From contig JBBQZC010000004.1 of the NCBI GenBank assembly GCA_038208115.1, positions 10,530-74,529 on the forward strand: a DNA stretch of 64,000 nt, written 5' to 3'. This stretch comes from Candidatus Moraniibacteriota bacterium. Lineage in GTDB: Bacteria; Patescibacteriota; Minisyncoccia; Moranbacterales; GCA-2747515. Position numbers and translations under genes: made by a program. The notes under the pieces were generated by a model. That model was given only the letters and a program-made list of their open reading frames with translations, was not told the DNA's origin and searched no databases. Position 1 is the first letter of the stretch. Every line of letters begins with the position of its first letter. Positions 33,318-44,364 of the stretch are shown here, piece after piece.

Positions 33318-33905
33318 TTACGAATTAAAATTAACGTTAAGTTCTTTGGTCAAATCACGAAATTGTTTTTTTGCTCGATTAATATGTGTTGCTACAGTAC
33401 CTGCTGGTTTTTTCAAAATATCTGATATCTCTTGATAACTCTTATCTTCAATAAACTTGAGAACGAGAATCTCACGATATCGATCATCCATTTTTTCTAA
33501 AACTTTTTGTACAATATCCTTGAGATGATCGTGATCGATATCAGTGATTATATTTTCCGTACCAGCAATTCTCTCCAAGAAATCTTCATCAACATATATA
33601 GAGTTCCCATGTGGACGAATCTTCTTTTTTCGCCAATAACTAATCGTTTCATTATGCACAATGCGATATAGCCATGACGAGAAAGACAGATCATCATCAA
33701 AACTTTGTAGATTTTGATACGCTTTCAAAAAACTTTCCTGTAAAATATCCTCTGCTTCTTCCATTGCTACAGCGCTGATCCGCTTAATATACAGCAACAT
33801 CCTCTGTTCATAGCGATCCATCAAAACACCATAAAAAGACGGGTTATCCATAGTTAACGCCACAAGTTCTTGATCAGATCTTTTTTCATTATGCTCTTGC
33901 ATCAT
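33318..33905 (-). CDS. ECF RNA polymerase sigma factor (SigW-like)
   Basis: SDQELV, AEDILQESFLKAY, FSSWLYRIVHN, SYQEISDIL..GTVATHINRAK. Confidence 0.93.
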   Translation of the reverse strand: MMQEHNEKRSDQELVALTMDNPSFYGVLMDRYEQRMLLYIKRISAVAMEEAEDILQESFLKAYQNLQSFDDDLSFSSWLYRIVHNETISYWRKKKIRPHGNSIYVDEDFLERIAGTENIITDIDHDHLKDIVQKVLEKMDDRYREILVLKFIEDKSYQEISDILKKPAGTVATHINRAKKQFRDLTKELNVNFNS

Positions 33906-33934
33906 AACTATCTTTTGGATATGCTACTTATCAC

Positions 33935-33962
33935 TTACGCACATACACTGTAATTTCTTTCA
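33935..33962 (-). promoter_or_regulatory. putative autoregulatory ECF promoter TGAAAG-N17-CGTAA
   Basis: TGAAAGaaattacagtgtatgtgCGTAA 30 nt upstream of the sigma start; resembles B. subtilis SigW TGAAAC..CGTA. Confidence 0.6.
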
Positions 33963-34451
33963 ATAAAAATCATCTTTTTTTACAAAGCCACATATTCGCG
34001 CACCGAAATATACACAATCATCAAAAGCACATGCAGACCTATCAGCGAATGAATCCTTTGCACATCGATATCGTGACACACGGATATGTTTTGCATGTAT
34101 AAACTGAGCGAACAGGCCATCAGTGAGATATTTATCACCAATTGTCACGATTGGAGTCATGGCATGTTCTATATAGTTAAGGATTTTTTTATGCGGTTTT
34201 TTGTATGGCGATTCAATATATGGTAATTGCAACTGCTTTGCAATCATACGACTACGTTGTCCATTAAAATTATTTGAAAATACATATACTGTATTTTTTT
34301 GTTGCAAAAGTTTGATGACATCCTTCACTGATTGATCCACAATTTTGCTGGAACTACACATGATTGTTCCATCAATATCTAAAACAATAATAGAACCCTC
34401 AATTGATTCTACGTGCAATTCATGAAAAAAATGTCTTTTGCTTCGTTTCAC
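33960..34451 (-). CDS. HAD IIIA phosphatase (YqeG-like)
   Basis: LDIDGT, SNN, KKP, IGDKYLTDG. Confidence 0.8.
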   Translation of the reverse strand: MKRSKRHFFHELHVESIEGSIIVLDIDGTIMCSSSKIVDQSVKDVIKLLQQKNTVYVFSNNFNGQRSRMIAKQLQLPYIESPYKKPHKKILNYIEHAMTPIVTIGDKYLTDGLFAQFIHAKHIRVSRYRCAKDSFADRSACAFDDCVYFGARICGFVKKDDFY

Positions 34452-34820
34452 TTATTTTTTGAGTAAATCACGAATCTCCTCGAGAAGCTGGACTTCTTTA
34501 TTTGGTTTTGTTTCTTTCTTCTTTTTTTTCACAACAATACTCATTGCTTTGACTACTAAGAATATACAGAATGCAATGATGATGAAGTCGATAATTGATT
34601 GAACAAAATTTCCATACGTAAGTGTAACTTCACCCACTTTTATGCTTAATTTTGTCAGATCAATGCCACCTGATATCATCCCAATTGTCGGCATGATCAC
34701 GTCATTAACGAGAGACGTAACGATCTTGCTGAATGCACCTCCTACGACAACAGCTACAGCGAGATCTACCACATTACCTTTTACTGCAAATTCCTTAAAT
34801 TCCTTAAGAAAATTTTTCAT
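34452..34820 (-). CDS. mscL: large-conductance mechanosensitive channel
   Basis: EFKEFAVKGNVVDLAVAVVVGGAF...LLEEIRDLLK. Confidence 0.97.
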   Translation of the reverse strand: MKNFLKEFKEFAVKGNVVDLAVAVVVGGAFSKIVTSLVNDVIMPTIGMISGGIDLTKLSIKVGEVTLTYGNFVQSIIDFIIIAFCIFLVVKAMSIVVKKKKKETKPNKEVQLLEEIRDLLKK

Positions 34821-34862
34821 TATACCATTTCATTATGTCAATTACCCCTATAATTAAGCCTA

Positions 34863-35195
34863 CTACAAAAATGTAATTATTTCAAATGTAATTATTTTTA
34901 TGGGACTAGATCCATCAACTACCCGATTATAATATCCTCCAAATTTTTTATACATTTCTGCATCTGATAAAAATTTTTCATGACCTTCCCAATCTGCTTC
35001 TATAAGAGTGTCGAGAGTTTTATGATGTATTTCTACCAACTGTGCGTGTGCAAAAACTATTTTATCTTCCCACACGACAAAAGAAACTTCTTCACCAGCA
35101 CAAAGATCTTTATCATCAAAAAGTCGCCAGGTTTTTGTTTTTCTGCCCGAAATAATCATATCTGCAAGTTCACGTCGAAATTTTATCGTTTTCAT
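34863..35195 (-). CDS. ASCH domain protein
   Basis: MKTIKF..IISGRKTKTWR; start moved to ATG 35195. Confidence 0.8.
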   Translation of the reverse strand: MKTIKFRRELADMIISGRKTKTWRLFDDKDLCAGEEVSFVVWEDKIVFAHAQLVEIHHKTLDTLIEADWEGHEKFLSDAEMYKKFGGYYNRVVDGSSPIKIITFEIITFL

Positions 35196-35197
35196 TT

Positions 35198-35785
35198 TTA
35201 TGTAAGAAATTGCAATCCTTTTTGTACAAGCCGCGTAATCTTTTTTTTCTTTAGTTCTGCAGATCCTCTTGCTCCCCCAAGTGGGAAACTTCTCGTTTTT
35301 ATGCCACAAAAAGTGAGGACATCTTTTTTTAAAACTTTTACTGCACGATCACTGGTAAAAAACCTCGTATATATCCGTGGACCACCCGCCGATGTAAATA
35401 TAATAGCCCTGCGCCCCTTAAGGAGTCCTATCGGAAGATTATGCACATATTTAAAAGCAAATCTCGATGTAAAGACGCGATCAATAAAACCCTTTAAAAT
35501 TGCAGGCATGTTTTGCCACCATGTTGGATATATAAAAATAAGATTTTTTGCATCCGTGATTACCTTTTGAAAATGTTTATTTTCTTCAGAAACTACGTAC
35601 CCACCAGACGTATAGTGCTCCTCATTTTTTAACGCAGGATCATATCCGATAGCATATAAATCAATGATTACATGATCACACTGCAACTCTTTCAATTGCG
35701 TGATACATTGGGCAAGAAATTCCCCACAAAAACCACTTTTGTTTGGATGGGAATAAATGATCACTGTTTTTTCCATATGATTCAC
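35198..35785 (-). CDS. NAD(P)H-dependent oxidoreductase (flavodoxin-2 family)
   Basis: YSHPNKSGF, IYPTWWQNMPAILKGFIDRVF. Confidence 0.9.
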   Translation of the reverse strand: MNHMEKTVIIYSHPNKSGFCGEFLAQCITQLKELQCDHVIIDLYAIGYDPALKNEEHYTSGGYVVSEENKHFQKVITDAKNLIFIYPTWWQNMPAILKGFIDRVFTSRFAFKYVHNLPIGLLKGRRAIIFTSAGGPRIYTRFFTSDRAVKVLKKDVLTFCGIKTRSFPLGGARGSAELKKKKITRLVQKGLQFLT

Positions 35786-35883
35786 ACTACTTATTATTTT
35801 TATTGATATTTCTATTATCGCACGATTATGTCATTTTTCATATAAAAATGCCGATTGTAGTTTCTACAACCGGCACATATGAT

Positions 35884-37008
35884 TCAGATCAGATTACCAT
35901 ATCCCAATTGTTGCAAAAGTGCAACAGCCTTCTTTATGTCTTCAACATGATCACGATTCGATATCAATGTGACATCTTTTGTCTGTACGACGATTACGCC
36001 CTTTAACCCAAGCGTAACAATCACACGATCTTCATCTCCATATAAAAGACATTCCTCTGTTTTGACAGCGACAACCTGTCCACGCGTAATATTACGAAGT
36101 GATCCACCATTGCAATGATGGTCATGCAACGATTTCCAGTTGCCCACATCACTCCAAAATCTGAGCGAAGCTGGAACTACAAAACATTCCTGCGATGAAA
36201 GTTTTTCCAAAACGACAGTATCAATCGGACGAGATTGTAATGCAGCAAATTGCTCGCAAACGAATTTTTTATCATCAAAATGATTTTGAAACAATGTAAA
36301 TGCTACACGAATATCCTTGGCGTGTGCCTTGATACATTCAAGCATTGTTTCCGCATAGAAGATAAAATACGCAGCATTCCACAGATATGCAAGATCGAAC
36401 ATATATTCTTTCGCAATATGCTGATTCGGCTTTTCCTTGAATGCATCAACTTCACACACATGCTGTTCAAATCGATCGTTCCGCAATTCACTCCCAACTT
36501 TAATATAGCCTAATGCGGTACTCGGTTCAGTTACTTTGACACCAATAAGTCCGATGCGCTCTGGATATACATCCACAGCCACGAAACCTGTTTCCACTGC
36601 ACGAATAAAATTCACATTATCCTTCATCGTATGATCTGATGGTATGGTCAGAATAACTGCCTCACTATCCTCTTGCGCAATGACAAATGACACATACGCT
36701 AAAGCTGGCGCAGTATCACGACTACATGGCTCTATAATAATGTTTTTTTCTGGCAATTGTGGCAATTGTTCGTGAACGATACCAACGTACTCAGCGATTG
36801 TTGATACATAGACGTGATTCACTGAAACAAGTGGCATAATGCGTTCAAAAGTTTCTTGTAGCAAAGATTGCTTCTCTGATACAATGCGTTGAAATTGTTT
36901 TGGTCTGTGTTGCCGTGACTCTGGCCATAACCTTTTGCCAGAGCCACCGGCCATGATTACAACATAACGATGCTCTCCTTGCTGATGTGATCCAATCTGT
37001 GTTTGCAC
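35884..37008 (-). CDS. manC: mannose-1-phosphate guanylyltransferase
   Basis: IMAGGSGKRLWPESR..PKQF, EP..RDTAPA, PSDH, FKEKP, WSDVGNW; GTG start after AGGAGG. Confidence 0.9.
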   Translation of the reverse strand: MQTQIGSHQQGEHRYVVIMAGGSGKRLWPESRQHRPKQFQRIVSEKQSLLQETFERIMPLVSVNHVYVSTIAEYVGIVHEQLPQLPEKNIIIEPCSRDTAPALAYVSFVIAQEDSEAVILTIPSDHTMKDNVNFIRAVETGFVAVDVYPERIGLIGVKVTEPSTALGYIKVGSELRNDRFEQHVCEVDAFKEKPNQHIAKEYMFDLAYLWNAAYFIFYAETMLECIKAHAKDIRVAFTLFQNHFDDKKFVCEQFAALQSRPIDTVVLEKLSSQECFVVPASLRFWSDVGNWKSLHDHHCNGGSLRNITRGQVVAVKTEECLLYGDEDRVIVTLGLKGVIVVQTKDVTLISNRDHVEDIKKAVALLQQLGYGNLI

Positions 37009-37145
37009 AAAAACCTCCTTAATGGTATATGCAATTTTTATAAAACAACAAAAATGTATACTACCCAATATATATGATAGGATTTTTAAGTCAATAGAAG
37101 ACACATCTGTTTTTATGCATTATTTCTTTCCACTGCAAAGAAAAT

Positions 37146-39686
37146 CTACACCTCTATAGGTTTTTTGTGCATAATCATCTTATATATTTCAAACCACAGG
37201 ACACCGAAAAATGCTGCACTCATACTGAGTAGCAGATCCTCTACGTGTAATATATCAAAATGAAAAACACTTCTCAAAAACGGCGTATATATTAACATCA
37301 ACAAACCAAAAAAAGTACCACTAAGAATATAGCCTAATGCTTTGTTGCCATTTCGCAAAGTCTGCGTAAAGTTATTTTTTTGCGAAAGATTGGTAATGAT
37401 TAACATAAGATTACCAAAAACGAGAGTTGTGAAAGTGATGGATCTGGTTTTTTCTTCTGAAAATCCCCAATGTAAAGCCAAACCATATACGCCCAATACA
37501 ACAATGAGAATACTCGCACCCTGCAATAAACTGATAAAAAAAGTTTTTTTACTGAACAATGATTCTGTAAGATTACGCGGTGGACGGTTCATGATACCTT
37601 TTTCCGATTTTTCAGATTCATAGACGATAGAGCATGCTGGATCAATAATGAGCTCTAAAAATGCAATGTGTGCTGGAAATAAAACGATCGGCCAGTGAAA
37701 AATAACTGGGATCAAAGCGACTCCAGCAATCGGTATGTGCACAGAAAAAATATACGCAATCGCTTTTTTGAGATTATCAAAAATGCGCCGACCCATTTGC
37801 ACTGCTTTTACAATTGACGAAAAGTTGTCATCCAAGAGAACGAGGTCTGAAGCTTCTCGCGCCACATCCGTTCCTCGCCGACCCATGGCCACACCAATAT
37901 GAGCTGACTTAAGTGCCGGTGCATCATTCACGCCGTCACCAGTCATCACAACGATCTCACCATTTGCTTTAAGTGCATTCACAATTGCCAATTTCTGTTC
38001 TGGCACAACGCGCGTAAAGATATTTACATCTTTGATACGACTACACAATTCTGCATGATCGTATTGTGTTAATTCAGATCCGGTAATATATACATCGGCT
38101 TTTTTCAAGCCAATCTTCCGTGCAACAAATTGTGCTGTGCCAGGATAATCACCTGTGATCATAATAATTCTCATACCTGCTTGATAACATTCTGCCACTG
38201 CATCGGATACAGATGGTCGCACGGGATCCAAAAATCCAAGCAATCCCACAAATTCATATGTATAATCATGTTGTATATTGGCTTCGTCTGGACAATCTAC
38301 AACTGCTTTTGCTACGCCTAATATGCGCAATCCTTTTTCAGACATAATCCGCACTTTTTCCATCATATTATCTTTACTCTCATCATCAAAGTGACAGAGA
38401 TCAGCGATTGCTTCTGGCGCTCCTTTGGCAGCAGCAATACAACTCATTTTATCTGGAGATATCCACACATGAGACAGCGCTAATAATTCTTTGGATAATG
38501 GAAACTCACGTGATAGCTCCCAATGTGTACACATACGATCTCGCTCACTCAAAAATGCATCACATGTTGTCCATATTTCTTTCTCAATTGGATCAAATGG
38601 ATCGCGCTGACTTGCTAGCAAAGAATAATTTAACAGTTCGAAATATTTTTCTGGAATTTTTTTTGCAACATGAGACGTGATATCTACAAATTCATTATCT
38701 GCCATAATGCAATTCAATTGCATGCTATTTAATGTCAAAGTACCCGTTTTGTCCACACAAAGTACTGTCGCTGCTCCCAATGTTTCAACAGCAGTCGACC
38801 TTCTCACTAGAACATGTTTCGCAGACATGCGCCAAGCGCCAAGCGCCAAAAATATCACTAAAATAACTGAAAATTCTTCTGGAAGCATTGTCATGCTCAA
38901 AGATAATCCTGATAGCGTCCCTTGTATCCAATCACCATATAGTAATCCATATATAATCAAAACACCTGTGCACAATATTAATCCTACAATTGCAAACATA
39001 CGGACTAATCGACCTGTTTCTTTTTTGAGCAACATTTCCTCTTCTTCTATTGATTGCAATGATACACCAATTTTGCCAATTTCAGTATCGAGACCAATAT
39101 GTGTCACTCGAACCATTGCATGTCCCTGTATGACCATTGTGCCAGAAAAAACAAAAGGTAAATCATCACCACCTGGCTGTGTCAATTGCACGTGACCATC
39201 CCAATCATTTTTTCTCACAGGCATGGATTCCCCTGTCAAAAGCGATTCATCAACACTCAAATTTGTCGATGAAATTACCGTTGCATCAGCAGGAACACGC
39301 ACACCCTCGCGAAGAACCACAATATCTTCACGCACCACTTCTCTCCCTGCAATCGTCTGTTGCATACCATCTCGCACAACAAATGCCCGTGGACTAGAAA
39401 GATCTTTCAATGCTTCAAGTGCCCTTTCCGTTTTTTTTTCTTGATAAAATGTAATGCCTACTACAACAAAAACAAAAGTTAACAGCAGTAATGCATCCTG
39501 CGCCTCACCGAGCACCAGATAAATTGCACCAGCAGCAATTAATAGAAAAAGCATAGGATCCCTCACTACACTAAGGAAAATTGAAATAGCACTTCGTTTT
39601 TTTTGTGAAGGTAATTCATTAAAACCTTCTTGTTCTAAACGAATTTTTGCCTCATGTGCAGTTAGTCCATTTATTTCTTTCATCAT
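37146..39686 (-). CDS. cation-translocating P-type ATPase (type II-like)
   Basis: LTGES, PEEF, DKTGT, KGAPE, TGD, GDGVNDAPAL. Confidence 0.95.
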   Translation of the reverse strand: MMKEINGLTAHEAKIRLEQEGFNELPSQKKRSAISIFLSVVRDPMLFLLIAAGAIYLVLGEAQDALLLLTFVFVVVGITFYQEKKTERALEALKDLSSPRAFVVRDGMQQTIAGREVVREDIVVLREGVRVPADATVISSTNLSVDESLLTGESMPVRKNDWDGHVQLTQPGGDDLPFVFSGTMVIQGHAMVRVTHIGLDTEIGKIGVSLQSIEEEEMLLKKETGRLVRMFAIVGLILCTGVLIIYGLLYGDWIQGTLSGLSLSMTMLPEEFSVILVIFLALGAWRMSAKHVLVRRSTAVETLGAATVLCVDKTGTLTLNSMQLNCIMADNEFVDITSHVAKKIPEKYFELLNYSLLASQRDPFDPIEKEIWTTCDAFLSERDRMCTHWELSREFPLSKELLALSHVWISPDKMSCIAAAKGAPEAIADLCHFDDESKDNMMEKVRIMSEKGLRILGVAKAVVDCPDEANIQHDYTYEFVGLLGFLDPVRPSVSDAVAECYQAGMRIIMITGDYPGTAQFVARKIGLKKADVYITGSELTQYDHAELCSRIKDVNIFTRVVPEQKLAIVNALKANGEIVVMTGDGVNDAPALKSAHIGVAMGRRGTDVAREASDLVLLDDNFSSIVKAVQMGRRIFDNLKKAIAYIFSVHIPIAGVALIPVIFHWPIVLFPAHIAFLELIIDPACSIVYESEKSEKGIMNRPPRNLTESLFSKKTFFISLLQGASILIVVLGVYGLALHWGFSEEKTRSITFTTLVFGNLMLIITNLSQKNNFTQTLRNGNKALGYILSGTFFGLLMLIYTPFLRSVFHFDILHVEDLLLSMSAAFFGVLWFEIYKMIMHKKPIEV

Positions 39687-39791
39687 GAAATATTATTTTA
39701 CTTTTATATATAAATACATACACCTATTGCGTAATAGTAATTTTATCATAAAAGAATCACTTCACATATTGATTGCTCTTTTAAAAAAAGA

Positions 39792-42700
39792 TTATGCTAT
39801 CAGTGATGTGTTTTTACGTTCAAGTTTACCCCATCCGACGAATATGCCTTTGATTGCGACAAATACGGTTTTCATTGCAACATAATACATCAATTGACGA
39901 TAAAAAAATCGTTGAAAAATAATCCAAATGAGTAAAGACCAGTCTTCACGTTCTCGTTCAAGTGTAAATGCAATGATCGATGAAAAAATGTCAATCATCA
40001 AAAACAATATGTAATATACAAATATATAGCGAAATGTGTACATAAGAGAATAATCCATCTGATGTATATGCTGTTGCCACAGTGCCCAGCTCACTGAAAT
40101 GATCAACGCAAGATCAACAATTGGTGCAATAATCTGAAAAAATAATTGAAATACAAAAATGTTTGGCAAAGCAAAAAATCCCAATGCACCATATCGTGGA
40201 CGGAAAAAAACCGCTTTATGTTTCCATGCTGTTTGCAGTGTGCCATACATCCATCGAAACCGCTGTTTGACGAAGCCAGCAATGGTATCAGGCGCTTCCG
40301 TATATGCAATCGCTTCATCATCATACACAACTTTATATCCATTTTTGATGATTGAAAATGTAAGATCAGCATCTTCTGCTAAAGTATCACTCGAAAACCC
40401 TCCTACAGACACAACCACCTCTCGACGCCATGCGCCAACCGCACCAGGCACAACTGAAATCGCATTGATAATATCGACAGCACGTCTCTCTAAATTTTGA
40501 CTTGTGATGTATTCCAATGCTTGTAATTTTGTTAATATATTTACTTTATTTCCCACTTTGGTATTTCCCGCGACCGCGCCCACACGTGAGTCAGCTAAAT
40601 CACGAATGAGCATTTTAATTGTATCTTTTGTAAAAAGTGTATCCGCATCGAGCGCTACAAAAAATTCAGAAGATGATTGTGTAATCCCAAAATTCAATGC
40701 GCTTGCTTTTCCTCCATTCTCTTTGGTGAATATACTCACTTTATCATTTGCACAATATTTGTGATTAAGTAAATAATATGTATTGTCAGTAGAACCATCA
40801 TCAACAATAATAATGCGAAAATTTCCATAATCTGAGTCAAGGAGAGAGTCTATGGTTCGTATTATCACATCCTCTTCATTCCATGCAGGAACGATTACAT
40901 CAACAGATGGTTCAAATTCCGTTTGATATACACATGTCTTGCCATAACGACATCTGCCAGATTGTATAAGTGCTAGAACTATGATGAATAGTAGTCTCCC
41001 TATCCCCAAAAATATGCCAACTGTAAAAATGAAATAAAAAATATTCATTAAAATATATGTCAACGAGAATGTTATATCGTTGATTCGCATAGCCAATTGA
41101 TCTTGTGAAACAACAGGTGGCATAATTGTATCGTGTGACACACCGACTAATTCTGAAATTGTCACAAACTCATAGCCTTTTTGTTTGAGTGTATCAATAA
41201 TTATTGGAAGTGCATCCACAGTTTGATCGCGATTTCCTCCAGAGTCATGTAATAACACAATATTACCCTCTCCACTTTCAGCTCCATTTACAACATTCGA
41301 CACAATTTCTTCAGTACCGGGTTGTGCCCAATCCGTCGGATCTATATGCATACCGACCGTATAATATCCTTGATTATTCGCAAATAGTAATGATCCAATC
41401 TGTTCTAAAGTTTCAGGCTCGACATCTTCTGCATATGGCGGTCGAAACAAAATTGTTTGTCTTCCGATCATTCCTTCCAACATTTTTTGAAATCCATTGA
41501 GTTCAAGAAAAAATTGTTTTTTGGAAATATTATTAATATTTGGATGTGTAAATGTATGGCTACCAATCTCATGCCCTTCCGCATTGATCCGCTTTATAAT
41601 ACGAGGGTATTTATCCGCACTCAATCCGATTGTAAAAAAAGTTGCATGAATATTCTTTTGGTTTAAGATATCTAAAATCAGATCAGTATATTTTGCATCA
41701 GGACCATCGTCAAAAGTAAGTGCTATTTTTTTACTGTCCTCACCACCAAATCTCTCAATTCTATACGATGACGGATATTTCACAATTGACGCATCCGTGA
41801 TAACTCCATTGACATCATCGTATATCACATTTCGCACACCATCTATCGGCGTATGTTTGATTTTAAGCACTTCTCCCACACCATCATAAGTTACCACATC
41901 CCCATGAGGAATTACTGTGATCATATCAGCAACAAATTTGTCGAGATGATCTCGATACGCCATCACATGCCACAAAGAAGAGTCTTCTCCACCCATGCGC
42001 CACAACGCATATCCCAGAGGTCGATATTGTCTCACTGCAGCGATTTGATCAAAAACAGTCACCGCATCTAAAAACCACACATGGTGGATAATATTTTTTT
42101 CATCGCGATACGAAAATGTTTCGTTTTGACTTTGATGATCCATTTGCAAAGTTACACGTGCATCTATAGCAGTCATTAGTGCCTCTTGTGTAGTGATGCT
42201 CATTCCGTTCATAGTATCTTCTATCCAATCATAACCGTAGTTACCATACGCGATCACGATTTTTTGTGGTGGAACTTGTGAGAATCGTTGTGTAATACCC
42301 GCGACAAACCAATCGCGTGATGCGATTGGTCCAGAAGCAGTAGCCTGAACCGTATGCTCATCATACGCCATCAAAACCAAAAAATCGACATATTGGGCCA
42401 ATATGCGTGCATCAAATGAATCATCAATTAGCGGTATGCTTTGAGAAACTTCCAGTCCTTCCTGTGAAAAAACTGCATATAGCTCTTTCATATATAAAAT
42501 AAGATTTGCTTGACTCGTATCTGGGATAGATTCATAATCGATGTTTACACCATCAAACCCATTTGTCTTTACGTAATCCAAAATACTTTGAATATTATGA
42601 CTCCGCGCAGTCTGATCTTGAAGCATATTTACCACCATTTCACTATCCCAATTTTGCGTGGTTGAATTGTAATTATTGATAAGTGGCGCAATTTTGAGTG

Positions 42701-43172
42701 GACTTCCATTACTGCGTATAAAATCCAATGCTTTTTTTTGTGCTTCTTCATCGTCAAGTATTATCGATCCATCTGCTCCTGATAAATGTAACCACTCAGG
42801 CATCAATTCATCGATCGATCGAATATTATTTTGCAAAGAGTTAAAACTCTCATCATCCCAATTTACATAAAATGCGATTGATTGCGAACGATACGTTCCA
42901 ATAGAATCCACAGATTGTATAGGTGTCTTTTGTGATCCAATCTGTACATCTGATGCAACCTGGATTGGCGTCACATTTGAATTTTCTGATATTGGTTGCA
43001 ATTTCTGTGGCAAAACAATCGGTGGTTCCCCCAGTAATTGTGTCTCATGGTAAACAGTTTTCACTGTAAAGCCAAAAAAACCGACTACTATAAGAATAAT
43101 TATTATAGTCGGCCACTTAACCCACAACCATCTTTTCTTAGTTGCATCATAAAATATCGGTGTTTGCGTCAT
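39792..43172 (-). CDS. trifunctional GH18 / CE4 polysaccharide deacetylase / processive GT2
   Basis: FDGVNIDYE (GH18); LTFDDGP, HTFTH, FRPPY, LLHD (NodB); DADT, AEDAD, QRFRW (GT2) plus TMs. Confidence 0.9.
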   Translation of the reverse strand: MTQTPIFYDATKKRWLWVKWPTIIIILIVVGFFGFTVKTVYHETQLLGEPPIVLPQKLQPISENSNVTPIQVASDVQIGSQKTPIQSVDSIGTYRSQSIAFYVNWDDESFNSLQNNIRSIDELMPEWLHLSGADGSIILDDEEAQKKALDFIRSNGSPLKIAPLINNYNSTTQNWDSEMVVNMLQDQTARSHNIQSILDYVKTNGFDGVNIDYESIPDTSQANLILYMKELYAVFSQEGLEVSQSIPLIDDSFDARILAQYVDFLVLMAYDEHTVQATASGPIASRDWFVAGITQRFSQVPPQKIVIAYGNYGYDWIEDTMNGMSITTQEALMTAIDARVTLQMDHQSQNETFSYRDEKNIIHHVWFLDAVTVFDQIAAVRQYRPLGYALWRMGGEDSSLWHVMAYRDHLDKFVADMITVIPHGDVVTYDGVGEVLKIKHTPIDGVRNVIYDDVNGVITDASIVKYPSSYRIERFGGEDSKKIALTFDDGPDAKYTDLILDILNQKNIHATFFTIGLSADKYPRIIKRINAEGHEIGSHTFTHPNINNISKKQFFLELNGFQKMLEGMIGRQTILFRPPYAEDVEPETLEQIGSLLFANNQGYYTVGMHIDPTDWAQPGTEEIVSNVVNGAESGEGNIVLLHDSGGNRDQTVDALPIIIDTLKQKGYEFVTISELVGVSHDTIMPPVVSQDQLAMRINDITFSLTYILMNIFYFIFTVGIFLGIGRLLFIIVLALIQSGRCRYGKTCVYQTEFEPSVDVIVPAWNEEDVIIRTIDSLLDSDYGNFRIIIVDDGSTDNTYYLLNHKYCANDKVSIFTKENGGKASALNFGITQSSSEFFVALDADTLFTKDTIKMLIRDLADSRVGAVAGNTKVGNKVNILTKLQALEYITSQNLERRAVDIINAISVVPGAVGAWRREVVVSVGGFSSDTLAEDADLTFSIIKNGYKVVYDDEAIAYTEAPDTIAGFVKQRFRWMYGTLQTAWKHKAVFFRPRYGALGFFALPNIFVFQLFFQIIAPIVDLALIISVSWALWQQHIHQMDYSLMYTFRYIFVYYILFLMIDIFSSIIAFTLEREREDWSLLIWIIFQRFFYRQLMYYVAMKTVFVAIKGIFVGWGKLERKNTSLIA

Positions 43173-43339
43173 GGTATCATCAATATCACATTTTAACGTC
43201 TTCTGTATTTTTGTATTTATCCAGATACATACACGTACGCAAAAAAAGGCTGTTGATGCATTTTCTCATGTCTCCCAAAGGTACTACAAACGCACATATT
43301 TGACAATACGAGCTTGTTTTCATAGCATCTCTCACAAAA

Positions 43340-44215
43340 TTAGGCATTTTTCCAACATACACCAGACGTTGTCACAGTTTTTTTCCACGGTCCATCAGGT
43401 ACATCTTTTGCATCGACAAATCGCCAATCGACAACATCGACATCTTCCAGTTTCAAATAATCATTGACAGCTGGAGAGAGATCGAGTCCTGCGTGATCAT
43501 TGGTTTTACTTTTTGGTTTTGCGGTACCAAAAACATATCCTGAATCATCTTCACCAAAAGGTCCAACATCCTCCCACTGCGCATAAGCCACTTCATCATC
43601 ATGCACTATCTGAATCCATCTGTTTTTACATATAGATTCTTCTTTTTTTAATGAAACTTCTTTTGCCCATGGCACTATTTTTTTTACCTCACCTTTTAAA
43701 TTACCCTCATCATTTAAATCATTATATGGAAGCGCAAAATAAAATGAATTTTCATCTGGCACAAAAGAGGATGGCACATATCCATTTCGCTTTTTAGGAT
43801 TATCCACACCACCAAAATGATCAACCCAACTCTCATCCCATGCACTCGGCAAATTGGAAATATGTTTATTATCATCACCCGCCTTTTCACCAATCCAAAA
43901 AAGTGTTGTTGTAACATTTTGATGCAAGATGTACTGCGTATTCGATTCGTTAGGCATCACATCATTTGTGATGTCATTTTGTTGTGATAATTTTTCTACT
44001 ATTGAATCCACCAAAGATTTTTGCTCATCATTTTGCTTTTGTACTGGACTTATTTGTATAGGATTATTCATATCAATGTATGCCAAAATGGATTCTGACT
44101 CATTTTGAACAGTGTCAATAATCTTCTTTCGACTACTTGCATACATTGCCAAAAAAAACCCACTTGCAATGATCAAAAAGATGAAAAAATAAACAAAAAA
44201 TTTCTTTATTGTCAT
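43340..44215 (-). CDS. membrane-anchored hypothetical protein, RlpA/DPBB-like motifs
   Basis: N-terminal TM; YFALPYND, YAQWEDVGPF, AGLDLSPAV. Confidence 0.55.
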   Translation of the reverse strand: MTIKKFFVYFFIFLIIASGFFLAMYASSRKKIIDTVQNESESILAYIDMNNPIQISPVQKQNDEQKSLVDSIVEKLSQQNDITNDVMPNESNTQYILHQNVTTTLFWIGEKAGDDNKHISNLPSAWDESWVDHFGGVDNPKKRNGYVPSSFVPDENSFYFALPYNDLNDEGNLKGEVKKIVPWAKEVSLKKEESICKNRWIQIVHDDEVAYAQWEDVGPFGEDDSGYVFGTAKPKSKTNDHAGLDLSPAVNDYLKLEDVDVVDWRFVDAKDVPDGPWKKTVTTSGVCWKNA

Positions 44216-44364
44216 AAGATTATGTCATTAGTACTAATATATACGCATGCACAGCAAAAGACCTTTCACACGATCATCAATTTGTTATTACATTTATATA
44301 GATTTCATTTTCTGCCAAAACAGGATAAAAATGTTATATTGATAACAATTTTCTAAAAATTAGC

